Of a stretch of DNA of 64,000 nucleotides, positions 29,168-42,074 are shown in pieces. Made by a program: the position numbers and the translations under genes. Each line of letters begins with the position of its first letter. Position 1 is the stretch's first letter. The stretch is from positions 17,298,001 to 17,362,000 of the forward strand of contig OX597827.1 of assembly GCA_951406725.2 (NCBI GenBank). The letters run 5' to 3'. The notes under the pieces were generated by a model. That model had not been told where the DNA came from. It worked only from the letters and a program-made list of their open reading frames with translations, and searched no databases. Source of the DNA: Octopus vulgaris (taxonomy: Eukaryota).

Positions 29168-29594
29168 CACATACAAACACACATCATGTTATTACTTACA
29201 TGGTTATTTCTGGGGGGTTCTTACCGTTGCCACTTCTGAAATTAATTTTCATCAACGAAAATGACCCTTCTCATCATTACGAGAACAAAGGTCATTATCG
29301 TAGGTTAATAACTAATAAAAGAATATTTTCAATACACAAGATATAGACACACACACACACACACGCACACACACACACACACGCACACACACACACACAC
29401 ACGCACACACACACACACACGCACACACACACACGCACACACACATACACACACACACTCACACACTCTCACACACACATTTTCTCACTCTCTCTTTCTC
29501 ACTCTTTCTCTCTCTTCCACAAACACGTACATACACACATACTCACACACAAGAGAGCACATATATGTGCATACAGACATGTATATATACATGA

Positions 29595-29632
<38 letters not shown>

Positions 29633-29684
29633 CTATAGAGAGAGAGATTGAGTGGGGAGAGATAAATAGATAGATAGATAGATC

Positions 29685-29756
<72 letters not shown>

Positions 29757-29928
29757 TAAGGAGAGATAAAGAAAGCGGGGAGAGAGATTGCTATTAATAT
29801 TGCTTCTCTCGTTAATAAGTATTTTTAATTAGACCACTGGTTATTTGCTATATGAGTTCACAAAAAGTCACTGTAATATTACAGATTGTAGGCAATGAGG
29901 TTTGGCTGATATGCCCCGAGTGGACACC

Positions 29929-29972
29929 TGACACTGAAGATACGGAGTACATCGAAATTACGTGATCTGGCA
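29929..29972 (+). ncRNA. hammerhead motif, partly decayed
   Basis: TGACA-CTGAAGA-..-GAAA-TTACGTGA-TC-TGGCA; stem II appears to carry a deletion. Confidence 0.55.
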
Positions 29973-30117
29973 TGAGAGTGCCTCCCAAGGTGAATACAAC
30001 AATATTCAGTATTCTAACACATCATCTATGTTATGTTGGATATAAAGATGGCTGTCATGTAGAAGCCCTCTATCGCTAATAAATACATACACACACACAC
30101 ACACACACACAAGTATA

Positions 30118-30315
30118 TAGTTGAAGTTTACAGAAAAACAAAGGACGATGACAGGTGTATGAACAACAAGCAGGTGTATTGGTGTGACGTGCGGAAAAGT
30201 GAGAAAGTCTTTTACGTTTCGAGCCTACGCTCTTCAACAGAAAGGAGTAAGAGAAAATAAGCACAGAGAGAATTAAAGAAAAATACCTGTGGATTTAGCA
30301 ATCAAGCATGGCGGA
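30118..30315 (-). mobile_element. HHR-bearing element family A (HHR 30208-30244)
   Basis: Minus strand CTTT-CTGTTGA-A-GAGC(GTAG)GCTC-GAAAC-GTA-AAAG. Confidence 0.8.
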
Positions 30316-30804
30316 AGCAAACTCTAATGAATAGACCACTAATTATTACAACAAAATTTCGTATCTTGGCCATAGAGTCACCCAAGGTTTCGCATCTACT
30401 AAGTTAGCACCCTGTAGACAGCTCGTCAGACACTATATGAAAAGACAAATTTTTTTAATTTCTGCGTCGCGGACGTGAGGAAAAGTTCGGAAAACGAGAA
30501 ATATGTCTTACCAAAGAAAGAAACGTTAATGAGGACGGGTTATTCCCCTGAACCAGAGATATAAACAGGCCTAACTAGCATACAGTGACACCTCACATGT
30601 GGTACCCGTTGCACCTGTACAGGTAATGTCGATCTGATGGATGGAATGAGCTCATGTCTACACAAACATTAGATCACTATAAACAAATCAGGTGTGTGGT
30701 GGTTCGGTAAGAAAATATCGAAACTTCTTGAGTCGTCTAACGACAGGGAATCCATAATATATGTATATATGCATACATATATGTATTTATATATGTATAT
30801 ATAC

Positions 30805-30868
<64 letters not shown>

Positions 30869-30875
30869 ATATACA

Positions 30876-30926
<51 letters not shown>

Positions 30927-30930
<4 letters not shown>

Positions 30931-31115
30931 AGAGAATTCACGAAAAAACAAAAGACGAAGACAGGTGATGTAGAAAACAAACATATGTATTAGTATAACG
31001 CTCGGGAATTGAAAGTCTTTTACGTTTCGAGCCTACGCTCTTCCACAGAATGGAACACAGAAAAAAACAAGGAGAGGAAAAAGTGCGTGTAGTGGCTACC
31101 GAGCCATCATGGCGA
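30927..31115 (-). mobile_element. HHR-bearing element family A (HHR 31016-31052)
   Basis: Minus strand CTGTGGA-A-GAGC(GTAG)GCTC-GAAAC-GTA; 3' end in (TA)n. Confidence 0.8.
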
Positions 31116-31135
31116 CTAGTGCCGGACAGAAGGGT

Positions 31136-31240
<105 letters not shown>

Positions 31241-32171
31241 TAATATTATATGTATTTCAAAATGTTGACGTTGCCACTTCAGTTACCACTACCTGTTCAC
31301 GTTTTTGGGACCTCGGATCATTGGTATATCAGACTGTATTTCAATTTATGTAATAGAGTGACTGAGAAGAAAAAAAATATCTTAAGAGATTTTTTTTTTC
31401 AAATTGCATTACTTGTCTTAAAAGAAGCAAAAAAATGATTACAGAATATGTAAACAGCATGATAATAATTGATGGCGCAATAAATGTCGGAATAAAGTGA
31501 AATATATATGATAAGTATATTTTTGTAATGATAAAAAGCGAAAGTGAAAGTAATGATAAATAATCGATATCGTGGAAGAAAAAATATGATGTTAATGGCG
31601 TCGTGTTAGCTGATACATAAATAAGAATTCGTATACTTTGAATGAGAAAACGCTGCATTTGCAGTTGCTGTTTAAGTAAATTCCGTCTGCAGATACGTGT
31701 AAATAATATTTTAGAATAATATTTTGTTAATTTATGCGATATAAACGTAATAAAACACCATTTCTAGTCAACAAAATGGTATAAAATTAGCGGTAAATTG
31801 CAATTTTAAAATTACGCAACAAATAAAATTTACATATTTGTTTGTTTGTTTGTTTGAGATTCAACACTAAGTATGCACCTATGGGAACACATACATCCAC
31901 ACGCATTAACACACATACATCCACACGCATTAACACACATACATGCCCATACACACACACACGCGTGCGCACACGCGTGCGCACAAACACTCGTATGTAT
32001 AATCACACTGGCACTTGGCCAGTAGACTCTCAGCGAAAACTCCAGCATTTGTTTCCGATATGCCGTTGTGGAGACGAAAGCCTGGAAATGAGAAGATCGC
32101 AAAGGATCTCATGAAAAAGCCAACAATCGCATCTCATGAAAAAGCCAAAATTCATCACAAAACGATGACAT

Positions 32172-33120
32172 TTGTACAAATTCACAAGAGAAATGAGCAT
32201 CACACAATTACCATTTCTTGACATAATGGTGATTAAAAACAACACCACAATCACAACTGATATTTATTACAAACGCAGAGATACACACCAGCACCTAAAT
32301 TTCAAATCATGCCATCCAACACACAGAAACCGCAACATCCCGTACTGTCTAGCCAAGAAAATTTGTACTCTAGTCGATGATCCAAGTACCAGAAACACAC
32401 GACTTATAGATTGCAAAGGATTTCTGCTCAAGCAAAATTACCCTCCCCTACTTATAGAAAATAGCATACAACAAGCAAAAGAGATATCTATAGAACAATT
32501 TAGAGCAACACGACAAAGACGAACCCCTCAAAGGAACACAATACCATTTCTAGTAACACAGAATCTGCATCACCATAACATTTTAAACATCATCAAAACA
32601 AATTTTCCAATCATGAAACAAAGTGAAAAATTAAAAAAACATAGTAACTAATCAAACATATATCTTAACCAAAGGCAAACGCATAACCTAAAGAAGCTAT
32701 TGACAAAGGCAAAATTCAACATGAACGAACTGTATACAAGTATAATGTATACAGATGTGGAATGTCAATGCATGCATACGGGTAAATCCACTAGAACAAA
32801 ATATGGACAAATTTTCGCAAATGCGGATATGAACTGCAAAAAGCAAAATTTGATCTACTGTATTAAATGCCCGAATTGTGAGGAATTATATATAGCCGAG
32901 ACAAGGAATGAATTATTGGAACGCTCACGATCCACAGACAAAAAATCCGGAATACCAATGTTCGCCAAATTCCATTGAGCGGACATATTGAGATATGTGA
33001 TCAGAAAATGTTTCGAATTTTTCCTTTCCACAAACTACATGACACAAGTGAGGTTGGAAGAAAGATAAAAGAAAAACGGTTTATTGAAATGTTCAGACCT
33101 GTTCTGAACGGAAATAAGAG
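32172..33120 (+). pseudogene. decayed Penelope-like element ORF: RT C-terminus/thumb plus GIY-YIG endonuclease (Neptune/Nematis-like)
   Basis: LPFLDI..TDIYYK..HL.F.SCHP.H..NIPY..L.QNYP; then NLIYCIKCPNCEELYIAET; then, after a frameshift, IHRQKIR..LSGHI..KEKRFIEMFRPVLN. Confidence 0.9.
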
Positions 33121-33436
33121 CAATAATATAACAACCAGTCAATGATGTGGATTAAAAATTATATATCTCTGGCATATAAATATAAGCAAGACACAGAACA
33201 ACGGTACGCTTGGCAAACCGGGATGTTTAAAATGCATGCAGATTAGTCAAATAGGTATTCTAAAAGTTCAGCTTGTTGGAGCGTTTCTAAGAGATACTAA
33301 GGTTGTCAAGAATTCAACTGTCACTTAAACACATTTGAAATTTGATGATTACACTATGTATAAAACGCTAATTTAAATTTATGAGCATTACAAAATATTT
33401 TTATAAGGTTAAAATACCATAATAAAAATCGTGAAA

Positions 33437-33470
<34 letters not shown>

Positions 33471-34189
33471 ATGTACGTGTGTCTGCGCGAGTGTTTATGT
33501 ATGTATGTATGTATGTATGTATGTATGTATGTATGTATGTATGTATGTATGCATGTATGTATGTATGTATGTATGTATGTATGTATGCATGCATGCATGT
33601 ATGTATGTATGCATGCATGCATGTATGTATGTATGTATGTATGTATGTATGTATGTATGTATGTATGTATGTATGTGAGTTTCTTTGCGTCTGCGTCCAA
33701 CCGATTTTGATCACCCGAAACTAAGAACTTCGGCAAAATTATGGCAGACTATGCACCGAGGTGAATTTATGCGATGAAACTACGAAGCTGCAGTTGCTTA
33801 AACGGATAGTTTTTTTCTTTTGAAAAATTAAGCGGTTGCTATAATACATTTTCCTCCTTCTCTGCGTATATTTTCTTTTGTGCTATGGTCAGAAGCGCAG
33901 CAATTTTGAGGCGAAGTATGTTAGACGCTACCATCAAATCCAGAACTTGATAATCTTTTATGCTTTGACCAAGAAAGGATGAAATGCAAAGTTGCTAATA
34001 GTTGGATATATATTCAATTCGCAACGAGGCTGGAAAATATCATTTCAACAATTCAATTATTTGCCGCACACATTGCAACATATAATTACATACACCTGAA
34101 TCGATTTGCGCCTCATCCGTGATTTTAATTAGCTTATAACACCTGCGAAAATCATTAACTTGTTCAACAACAATGTTAAACATCCATAA

Positions 34190-34584
34190 TCTTTATATAT
34201 AAAAGTGAGGTTGTGTGCTGTCTGTCTCCTACGATTTAGATTCCTAACTACTCCCACATTTTGCGGTGCAGTTTAACCAAAACCGGGTATCTTATAGTCG
34301 TGATTCATATAGAGCCCTTCTGGGTATTAGCGCGCGTCTACGATGAGTCTACGATTTAAAAAAAAAATACCATCAATTTTTCCCATTTTTAATGCATTTT
34401 TGGCAAATATAAGGGAAGTAACTCTCTAAAAATTTATTATTAAATCTCAGAACGTAAAAAGCTACAGTAACATCCCCCCTTTGTGGTTAGCCATATTGAG
34501 ATGGCTATTATACTTTACATCTCTAAAAATGCTTATATAGTTATTTCCCTTACAAACCCGAGCAACGCCGGGCGATACTGCTAG
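34190..34584 (+). mobile_element. non-autonomous Helitron
   Basis: A|TC start, 3' CCCGAGCAACGCCGGG hairpin then ..CTAG|T; 3' end identical to that of the 6925 element. Confidence 0.9.
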
Positions 34585-35759
34585 TTATTTATAAACATGT
34601 CTTATGTATAAAATATTTAAATATTTTTATGTATGTTAAATTATTACTAATAGATATAACAGAGGAATGTGTAGTGATTTTTGCTCCACGTTAAATTTGC
34701 TTTCTAGCATAAATTTAACTGCCATTTGTCAAATTAAACACTTAATTATAACTGTTAATTATAATCATATCCTGTCTCATTTTATCTACTAGCAATAATA
34801 TTTTTTCTAGTTATCAACAATAAATAAAAAAAGCTTAAGCGTGGGTTGAAGTCGCTATACATACCTATAGAAGGATGAACTATGCTATTTCGTTACATTA
34901 CTCTTCCATGTATATAACTTTTGTATGTTGCCAGAAGTTAAGCGATTCTGGTACATGTTTTGAATAATGGTGTCTACATTGTCAGTTACATATAAACATA
35001 AATATATGAAGAAAGCTTTATTTTGTTTGTGTCTCATGAGATACAATTAATTAGTGTATATATACGTGAATATACATATATATTTATATATTTACATATA
35101 TGAATAGTGTAATGTTTCGTGATGGTAAGATAAACAAAAAAGTACTTCGTCTGGTGAAAGATAAATATTATTTGATAAACACAGTATATATTTTTATAAG
35201 CTACTAATAATTTCGTGCGATGAAAACAACACAAATAGCATCTGGTGCCTTCACATTATCCCTAGACTGTGCTCACCTGGCATAACAAGCTAAAACAGGA
35301 CGATAGAATAAGAAAAGATATGAGAAAAAGCTAGAAGGAAGTAGATGTAAATGGTGGAAGGTTGAAAACACGGGAAACGAAAAAGAAAACAGAAAACAGA
35401 AAAAAGGTGAAATTAAATGTAAGCCAAAGACTATAAAGTCATACGGCTGAATCGATAGAGGCTTAGAGTTTGCGGTACAGTAGCTCAATTCAGAGAGGGT
35501 AGTATTTTTCAATTCACCAACAGGAATTTTTCCATGTGTTTACATCTGCTGAAAATTTCAAATCTGGAATTCAACAATGCGATGGAGTTCTTTAATCTGA
35601 AAACATGATCTTTCAGCTGTGCGTATCCTACATACTTTTTTTCTTGATCTCTTGACATATGCTTCGGATTTTTCAACTATTTCCTATTTGATTGTGTATG
35701 GTGTGGCGTTAGAGCCTCTGGCCTCATAGGTGACTAACCAACTTCGTGACTTTACTTGT

Positions 35760-36056
35760 GAGGGAGCTTGGCTTAGTGGTTAGAGTGTTGCACTCACGAT
35801 CTAGCGATCGTGATTTCAATTCCTAGACCGGGCTTTGCATTGTGTACTAGAACAAAACGCTTCATCTCACGTTGTTCTGTGATCACGTCTACACCTGACG
35901 CGTGGTACAGCGTACACCTGTTCATATAACGGTGATTTGATGGAGAGAGTGCGCCAATGTGTGGCACGAATATTTCGTTACTATAAACATATCATTTGTA
36001 AAGCTTGTTCAGCAAAAGCTGAACGCTCATACACCGTCTATGATGGGAGAATCCAT
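35760..36056 (+). mobile_element. tRNA-derived SINE (family 3 relative), diverged
   Basis: GGCTTAGTGGTTAGAG head; 3' part homologous to 30590-30750. Confidence 0.7.
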
Positions 36057-36575
36057 CAAATAGCATAGATAAAATTACGTCTAATGATGTATAATAATAA
36101 TTATACATCAGGTTGACTTACCAATAAAACTCAGTAAATAGTTCTTATATATAATTGCAAAATGACCAACACAAATGCTTCCTTGTGTGTGTGTCTGTAC
36201 AAATATATATATATGTGTTTGTGTTTGTGTATAAGTGTGTGTGCGCGCACACAGTAAATTTTTTCCAATTCTGAGGCCATATAGTACACAGTTTTAATTT
36301 ATTTACTGCTGGAGTATTTGACTGCGCTCGCGCATTAAATTTGAATCCATAATGTATAAAGATAGAGCTGTCTTGTGCAGGTGTTTTTGGTACGTGTTAA
36401 AGCAACATAATTATGCCTTTTTAGCGATTCTACTGACGAGCTATGGCTTACAAATTATACTCGAGTATAGGATTTACTAAATTGTTTTCACTCTAGTGGC
36501 ATTAACAGCGTGCCTTAAGAATTTGTTTTTTGCCCTTTTTATCATGTAAAAGGAATCAACTCTTTATACACTCTA

Positions 36576-36617
<42 letters not shown>

Positions 36618-36900
36618 AATAACAACAATTATAATTATAATAATAATCATATAACTATCTCTCAATCTTTGAAGATATATGCGTGTGTTTGCGTGCATGT
36701 GTGTGTGTTTTAACTCTTATTTCTAGCTTGTAGCACAAGCATTCACGATTAGTGATGACTAAATTTTCTTATATTATATCCAAGCTCACCATATCAATTT
36801 CATATATACATACACACAAATGTATATATATATTTGTATAATAATAACAACAATAACAACAACAATAATAATAATGATAATTATAATAATTATAATAATT

Positions 36901-37092
36901 CTAACTGGGCCCCACCTGCAAGGTCATGCGCTGTTTATCTTGACTTGAGATCACCATGTCGCGCACATATGGTTGTGATGCATGTGTCTGGTGTACCCTT
37001 ATCTGACGGGTAGTCATGATGGGTATACTGGGCTTCGTATATTTTACCCCAGTGTCACTTTGATGGCATACACTGCTCTCTCACTCAATAAT
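36901..37092 (+). mobile_element. probable 5'-truncated LINE 3' end inserted in (AAT)n (R4/Dong-like)
   Basis: Unique block ending ..CTCTCTCACTC-AATAATAAT; empty-site paralogue at ~36618-36700; clade assignment is inference. Confidence 0.45.
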
Positions 37093-37239
37093 AATCATAT
37101 ACCCCTCTCTCTCTCTCTCACTCTTTGAAGATACATGCATATGTTTGTGTATGTGTATGTGTGTGTGAGTGTGTGTGTGTGTACGTGCCTCTGTGTTTGT
37201 GTATGTATGCGTTCGTGAAAGAAAGGAGAACTTACACAC

Positions 37240-37470
37240 TCTTTTACTCTTTTACTCTTTTACTTGTTTCAGTCATTTGACTGCGGCCATGCTGGAGCAC
37301 CACCTTTAGTCGAGCAAATCGACACCGGGACTTATTCTTTGTAAGCCCAGTACTTATTCTGTCGGTCTCTTTTTGCCGAACCGCTAAGTGACAGGGACGT
37401 AAACACACCAGCATCGGTTGTCAAGCAATGCTAGGGGGACAAACACACATACACAAACACTCACACACAT

Positions 37471-37521
<51 letters not shown>

Positions 37522-37670
37522 TACGACAGGCTTCTTTCAGTTTCCGTCTACCAAATCCACTCACAAGGCATTGGTCGGCCCGGGGCTATAGCAGAAGACA
37601 CTTGCCCAAGATGCCACGCTGTGGGACTGAACCCGGAATATGGAAACGCAGTGGGACTGAACCCGGAATA
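37240..37670 (-). mobile_element. SINE family 1
   Basis: Homology to the family; 30-bp tandem duplication at the head. Confidence 0.9.
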
Positions 37671-38047
37671 TGGAAACGAAGCATATTATGAATTATTGAA
37701 AGAACTTCATAATTACTGACGAAGTAATTTCAATATCTCAGAATATGATTTTGTGTTGCTTTACTTTAGAAAAGTCCGTAGTACAAAACTACTTCTCAAT
37801 TTCATTCATTCAAATAATCATTTATTGCACACTTAGCAATGTAAGTTGACTTTTAACCGGATGGGGTTATGTAACATGTGCCATATTATAAGGAGACGTT
37901 TCTTTTATATGATATGGGGGCGAACAGTATCTGATATATGGATTAATAATAATTTTTTTATTGATCGATTATTAGTTCATGTGAATCTTCTGTACAAGCT
38001 TTGTATATTCTTTGAATAATAAGTAGCTATTATCCACGTTTGATTGG

Positions 38048-38133
<86 letters not shown>

Positions 38134-38135
<2 letters not shown>

Positions 38136-38490
38136 CGCAGGAATGGCTGTGTGGTATGTAGCTTGCTTACTAAGTACACGGTTCCGAGTTCAGTCCCACA
38201 AAATCTTGTGAGTGGATTTGGTAGACGGAAACTGAAAGAAGCCCGTCGTATATACATATATATATATATATATGTGTGTTTGGGGTGGGTTGTGTGTCTG
38301 CGTTTGCTCCCCACCATTGGTTGACAACCGTTGTTCATGTGTTTACGTCCCCGTAAGCTAGCGCTTCGGCAAAAAGAAACAGATAGAATAAGCACTAGGC
38401 TTACAAAGAATAAGTCCTGGGGCCGATTTGTTCGACTAAAGGCGGTGCTCCAGTATGGCTGAAGTCATATAACTGAAACAAATAAAAGAA
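38134..38490 (+). mobile_element. SINE family 1 with internal deletion
   Basis: Homology to the family. Confidence 0.88.
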
Positions 38491-38816
38491 TACACACACA
38501 CGTAGATATATATATTCGTTTATATGATACAATATATATTGCATAACATGACAGACAGGAAGAATTGTAAAAGAACACTTGTATTATTGGCCAAGTTTCT
38601 TTTCACTTGTTTGAATTGTTAGAAATAACACTGCACACTTATAGAGGAGACAAAACTGGAATGCTTTCAGCCAAAGATAATTTAATTACGGCTCGTGTAA
38701 GAGTTTTAGTTACAATTATGGATATAACTTTCAGTATAGCACGTCTGAAATAACGTAATTAAATATATTATGAATCAACTCATTTCTATTTGTGATCTAT
38801 GGATATACATATACGC

Positions 38817-38896
<80 letters not shown>

Positions 38897-38994
38897 AAGG
38901 AAACTACAGATGTCTTTCCCGCGACATAGGGTCACCAGTGTGCTGTTTCGCGGTTTCCGCTGCGTATGTATTTGTTTGGTGAACTAACTGGAAA

Positions 38995-39207
38995 TCAGCA
39001 GAAATATAACAAAACCTGTTACTCAGAGTTTCACGTTCCCGTTCGTCGGACAGTTTCGTTAAAATATAACAGAAATAACGATATGATCAAAACTAGTTAA
39101 AGGATACACCTTTAAAAATGGATTTGTTTCATTGGTCCTTTCAGATAACGGTCTTAGGCATGCGATAAACAAAATAAACAAAATAAATGAATTCAATATA
39201 AATTCAC
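38995..39207. mobile_element. HHR-bearing element family C (HHR 39016-39053, minus strand)
   Basis: Minus strand CTGT-CCGACGA-ACG(GGAA)CGT-GAAA-CTC-T-GAG-TA-ACAG; near-identical copy at 46408-46622. Confidence 0.75.
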
Positions 39208-39333
39208 CTGTTTTCAATATAAATTCAAGAAAGTGATTTCTTCAAGACAAAAAAAGCCATTCAGAAATAGAAACCACAATCTTTCGATCATGAAAGCAAC
39301 ATCCTAACCATTAAGCCATGAGCTTCCACATTT

Positions 39334-39376
<43 letters not shown>

Positions 39377-39394
39377 CACACACACACACACACA

Positions 39395-39585
39395 CGCATT
39401 TTTTTCTCTCCTTTTTTCTCTCCTTGTTTCTCCTTGTTTTTTTTCTGTGTATCTTTCTGTCGAAGAGCGTAGGCTCGAAACGTAAAAGACTTTTGCTATT
39501 TCTATTCCTGAGCGCTATACTAATACAATTGTTTGTTTGTACTCCATCTGCCTTCGTCTTTTGTTTATTTTCGTAAACTTTCCCG

Positions 39586-39587
<2 letters not shown>
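39395..39587 (+). mobile_element. HHR-bearing element family A (HHR 39452-39489)
   Basis: TCTTT-CTGTCGA-A-GAGC(GTAG)GCTC-GAAAC-GTA-AAAGA; ends in (TA)n. Confidence 0.8.
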
Positions 39588-39620
<33 letters not shown>

Positions 39621-39674
39621 GTGATTGGAAGAAATGGAGTTGAACGAAGATTGCACAGAATTCCTTTTATTACA

Positions 39675-39754
39675 TTCTACACATGTTTCAAAGGCCACAA
39701 TTTTCCAAATTCTGATTAAATAAGGATACCATATTGCAGCTTTCTCTTCAGGAA
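39675..39754 (-). ncRNA. hammerhead ribozyme in the inverted pLTR
   Basis: TTC-CTGAAGA-GAAAGCTGCAAT..ATTGTGGCCTTT-GAAAC-ATGT-GTA-GAA. Confidence 0.75.
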
Positions 39755-40120
39755 AAACCAGGAATTACGTTGTCAGAACAAAACAAAACAAAGGCGCAGC
39801 AAAGCAATTCGAACGAGGACGCTCGTTAAGAGCCCATGGGTAAAATGTTTATCAATGTACGTTGAAATCTGGGGGTTGGTGGGGGCCGACAAAAGGTCCG
39901 TTGGAATAAATCCAGGTCAGGCCGCGGTCAAATCTAGTAGGTGAGGAATTAATGAGAACAAGGGATGTGGAGATGTTCTATGTGACCAAAGCTAATGTTC
40001 TGAATATTTTAAGAATACAGGGTGTATTTTTTGGGGTGCGAGACAAAAACAACCTAAAAGCATGTATGTGTATAATAGCCTATGTGTGCGCGGTCGTATG
40101 TTGGCGAGGGGCGCTAGATA

Positions 40121-41107
40121 ATGAGCACTGCTGAAAAAGCCATTGCCAGCAACTTCCCCAGAAATTCCAAATATTACTCCACGGTTAACTCACATAAAGT
40201 TAGGATAGCTTTCTCCAACACAAAAAACCTTTCCCAGATAATCGCCTCCCATAATAATAGGCTGCTTATTAGGACCCTATCAACATTGTCCGGAGGCGCA
40301 GCTCCGTCTAATTCCAGTTTAACGCGCAGTAGGAATAATAATAGGAGTAATAATGATAAAAGAGCCAGTACAGTGACAGGTAATCTCAGTACCAACCAGG
40401 GAGTAAATAATAGGATTAGCGATAGAAGAAATGGTGATGTTAATAACGTTAGTAATGGTAATACGGAGGTGAGCGCAGTTCGGGTCATTAATGTAGAGAG
40501 TCCTAATAGCAACTTTAGCAACGGTTCCGACAATAGTCGGTCCACGGATACTAGCAACCACAGCGTTCTCAGTGATAGGGAATACACAGGTGATAGTCCG
40601 TTAATTAGTATTGATAGGGAGGGGTATAATGTAGTAGGCGGCCGCAGTTCTCACAGCCAATATAATAATAGGAACGCAGTTTTAATATCAGAAGCTAATC
40701 CCAATAGAATAAGGTTCTTGTCTAGTAACTCCAGGATCAGAAATGCCATTTACCAATGCAATGTTTACACGGATGCGGATGTCTACTCGTATGTCGGGGC
40801 CTCATCGTCAAAACTGGCCTTGAGAATATCGAACCATTTCGCAACTTTTCGCGACGTTAATAAATACCAAGCCACAGGACTTAGCAAACTTATATGGCGT
40901 TTGAAGAATGCGAATTCAGTTTTTAGGCTGGAATGGTCGATTTTGTCGGTGGCCCTCCCATTTGATAGAGGCAGAAGGATGTGTAATCTTTGTAACTCTG
41001 AGCTTTTCCACATATTGTTCGCCAGAGGCCGTTTGGTAAACGGGCTTTTACAGACTGCTTTTCGATGTCCCCATTGGCGGCGTCATACTTATCTTACATA
41101 TAAATGA
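40121..41107 (+). CDS. PLE ORF C-terminal part: linker plus GIY-YIG endonuclease (RT lost by 5' truncation)
   Basis: NFPRNSKYYSTVNSHKVRIAFSNTKNLSQIIASHNNRLL; NAIYQCNV..YVGAS..RISNHFATF..TGLSKLIWRLK..LEWSIL..CNLCNSE..CPH. The ATG lies inside the inverted arm. Confidence 0.85.
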   Translation: MSTAEKAIASNFPRNSKYYSTVNSHKVRIAFSNTKNLSQIIASHNNRLLIRTLSTLSGGAAPSNSSLTRSRNNNRSNNDKRASTVTGNLSTNQGVNNRISDRRNGDVNNVSNGNTEVSAVRVINVESPNSNFSNGSDNSRSTDTSNHSVLSDREYTGDSPLISIDREGYNVVGGRSSHSQYNNRNAVLISEANPNRIRFLSSNSRIRNAIYQCNVYTDADVYSYVGASSSKLALRISNHFATFRDVNKYQATGLSKLIWRLKNANSVFRLEWSILSVALPFDRGRRMCNLCNSELFHILFARGRLVNGLLQTAFRCPHWRRHTYLTYK

Positions 41108-41732
41108 TACCTAAGACAATTAACACCTTGATACACTATTAAAATGAAAATAATTTTTGAAAAAATTTTTGGAAAAAACTTTTTAAAAAATCTCTGAATA
41201 ACTTTTGCAAGGGGAAGTTACTCCCCTTACGCGATTGGTCGGTTTTTCAGAAGCAAATGCTGGAATTTTATACCCTCATGATTCTTTGACGATGATAATT
41301 ATAAACAGGCAGGCCACTGACGGACACACGAACACAGAAGTATTTCAGCCGTCTGACAGGCTTTTTTCAGCAGTGCTCATTATCTAGCGCCCCTCGCCAA
41401 CATACGACCGCGCACACATAGGCTATTATACACATACATGCTTTTAGGTTGCTTTTGTCTCGCCCCCCCAAAAATACACCCTGTATTCTTAAAATATTCA
41501 GAACATTAGCTTTGGTCACATAGAACATCTCCACACCCCTTATTCTCATTAATTCCTCACCTACTAGATTTGACCGCGGCCTGACCTGGATTTATTCCAA
41601 CGGACCTTTTGTCGGCCCCCACCAACGTACATTGATAAACATTTTACCCATGGGCTCTTAACGAACGTCCTCGTTCGAATTGCTTTGCTGCGCCTTTGTT
41701 TTGTTTTGTTCTGACAACGTAATTCCTGGTTT

Positions 41733-41812
41733 TTCCTGAAGAGAAAGCTGCAATATGGTATCCTTATTTAATCAGAATTTGGAAAATTGTGGCCTTTGAA
41801 ACATGTGTAAAA
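41733..41812 (+). ncRNA. hammerhead ribozyme in the 3' pLTR
   Basis: Same motif with one stem I substitution. Confidence 0.7.
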
Positions 41813-42026
41813 TGTAATAAAAGGAATTCTGTGCAATCTTCGTTCAACTCCATTTCTTCCAATCACTAATTATATTAAACTTCAATTATCCGCACCAACG
41901 CACGGTTGCAACACCATATGGTCTTATCTCCAACCGCGTTTTTTTTTTTTCTGCTGTGATTTTTGCTACCCAGGTATCGGTTAAACTTTTGAATAATCCC
42001 TAACAAGATAATTCATCTTTCCATTT

Positions 42027-42074
<48 letters not shown>

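Larger units (their letters stand above)
39612..42033 (+). mobile_element. 5'-truncated Penelope-like element (Naiad-like) with inverted pseudo-LTRs, inserted in (TA)n
   Basis: Inverted arms 39612-40140 and 41360-41874, GIY-YIG ORF between them, HHR in each arm, ~160-bp tail, (TA)n on both flanks. Confidence 0.9.

Noticed and set aside
40121-40140. ATG start of a stand-alone 328-aa GIY-YIG gene, or a TIR transposon reading of the element
   Set aside because: The ATG lies within the inverted pLTR arm and the fusion arises at the inversion junction; the protein is the C-terminal part of a PLE ORF, not a DDE transposase
41107-41360. SECIS/selenoprotein recoding as reported for some Naiads
   Set aside because: No in-frame UGA within the domain and no convincing SECIS helix seen by eye; SECISearch would settle it
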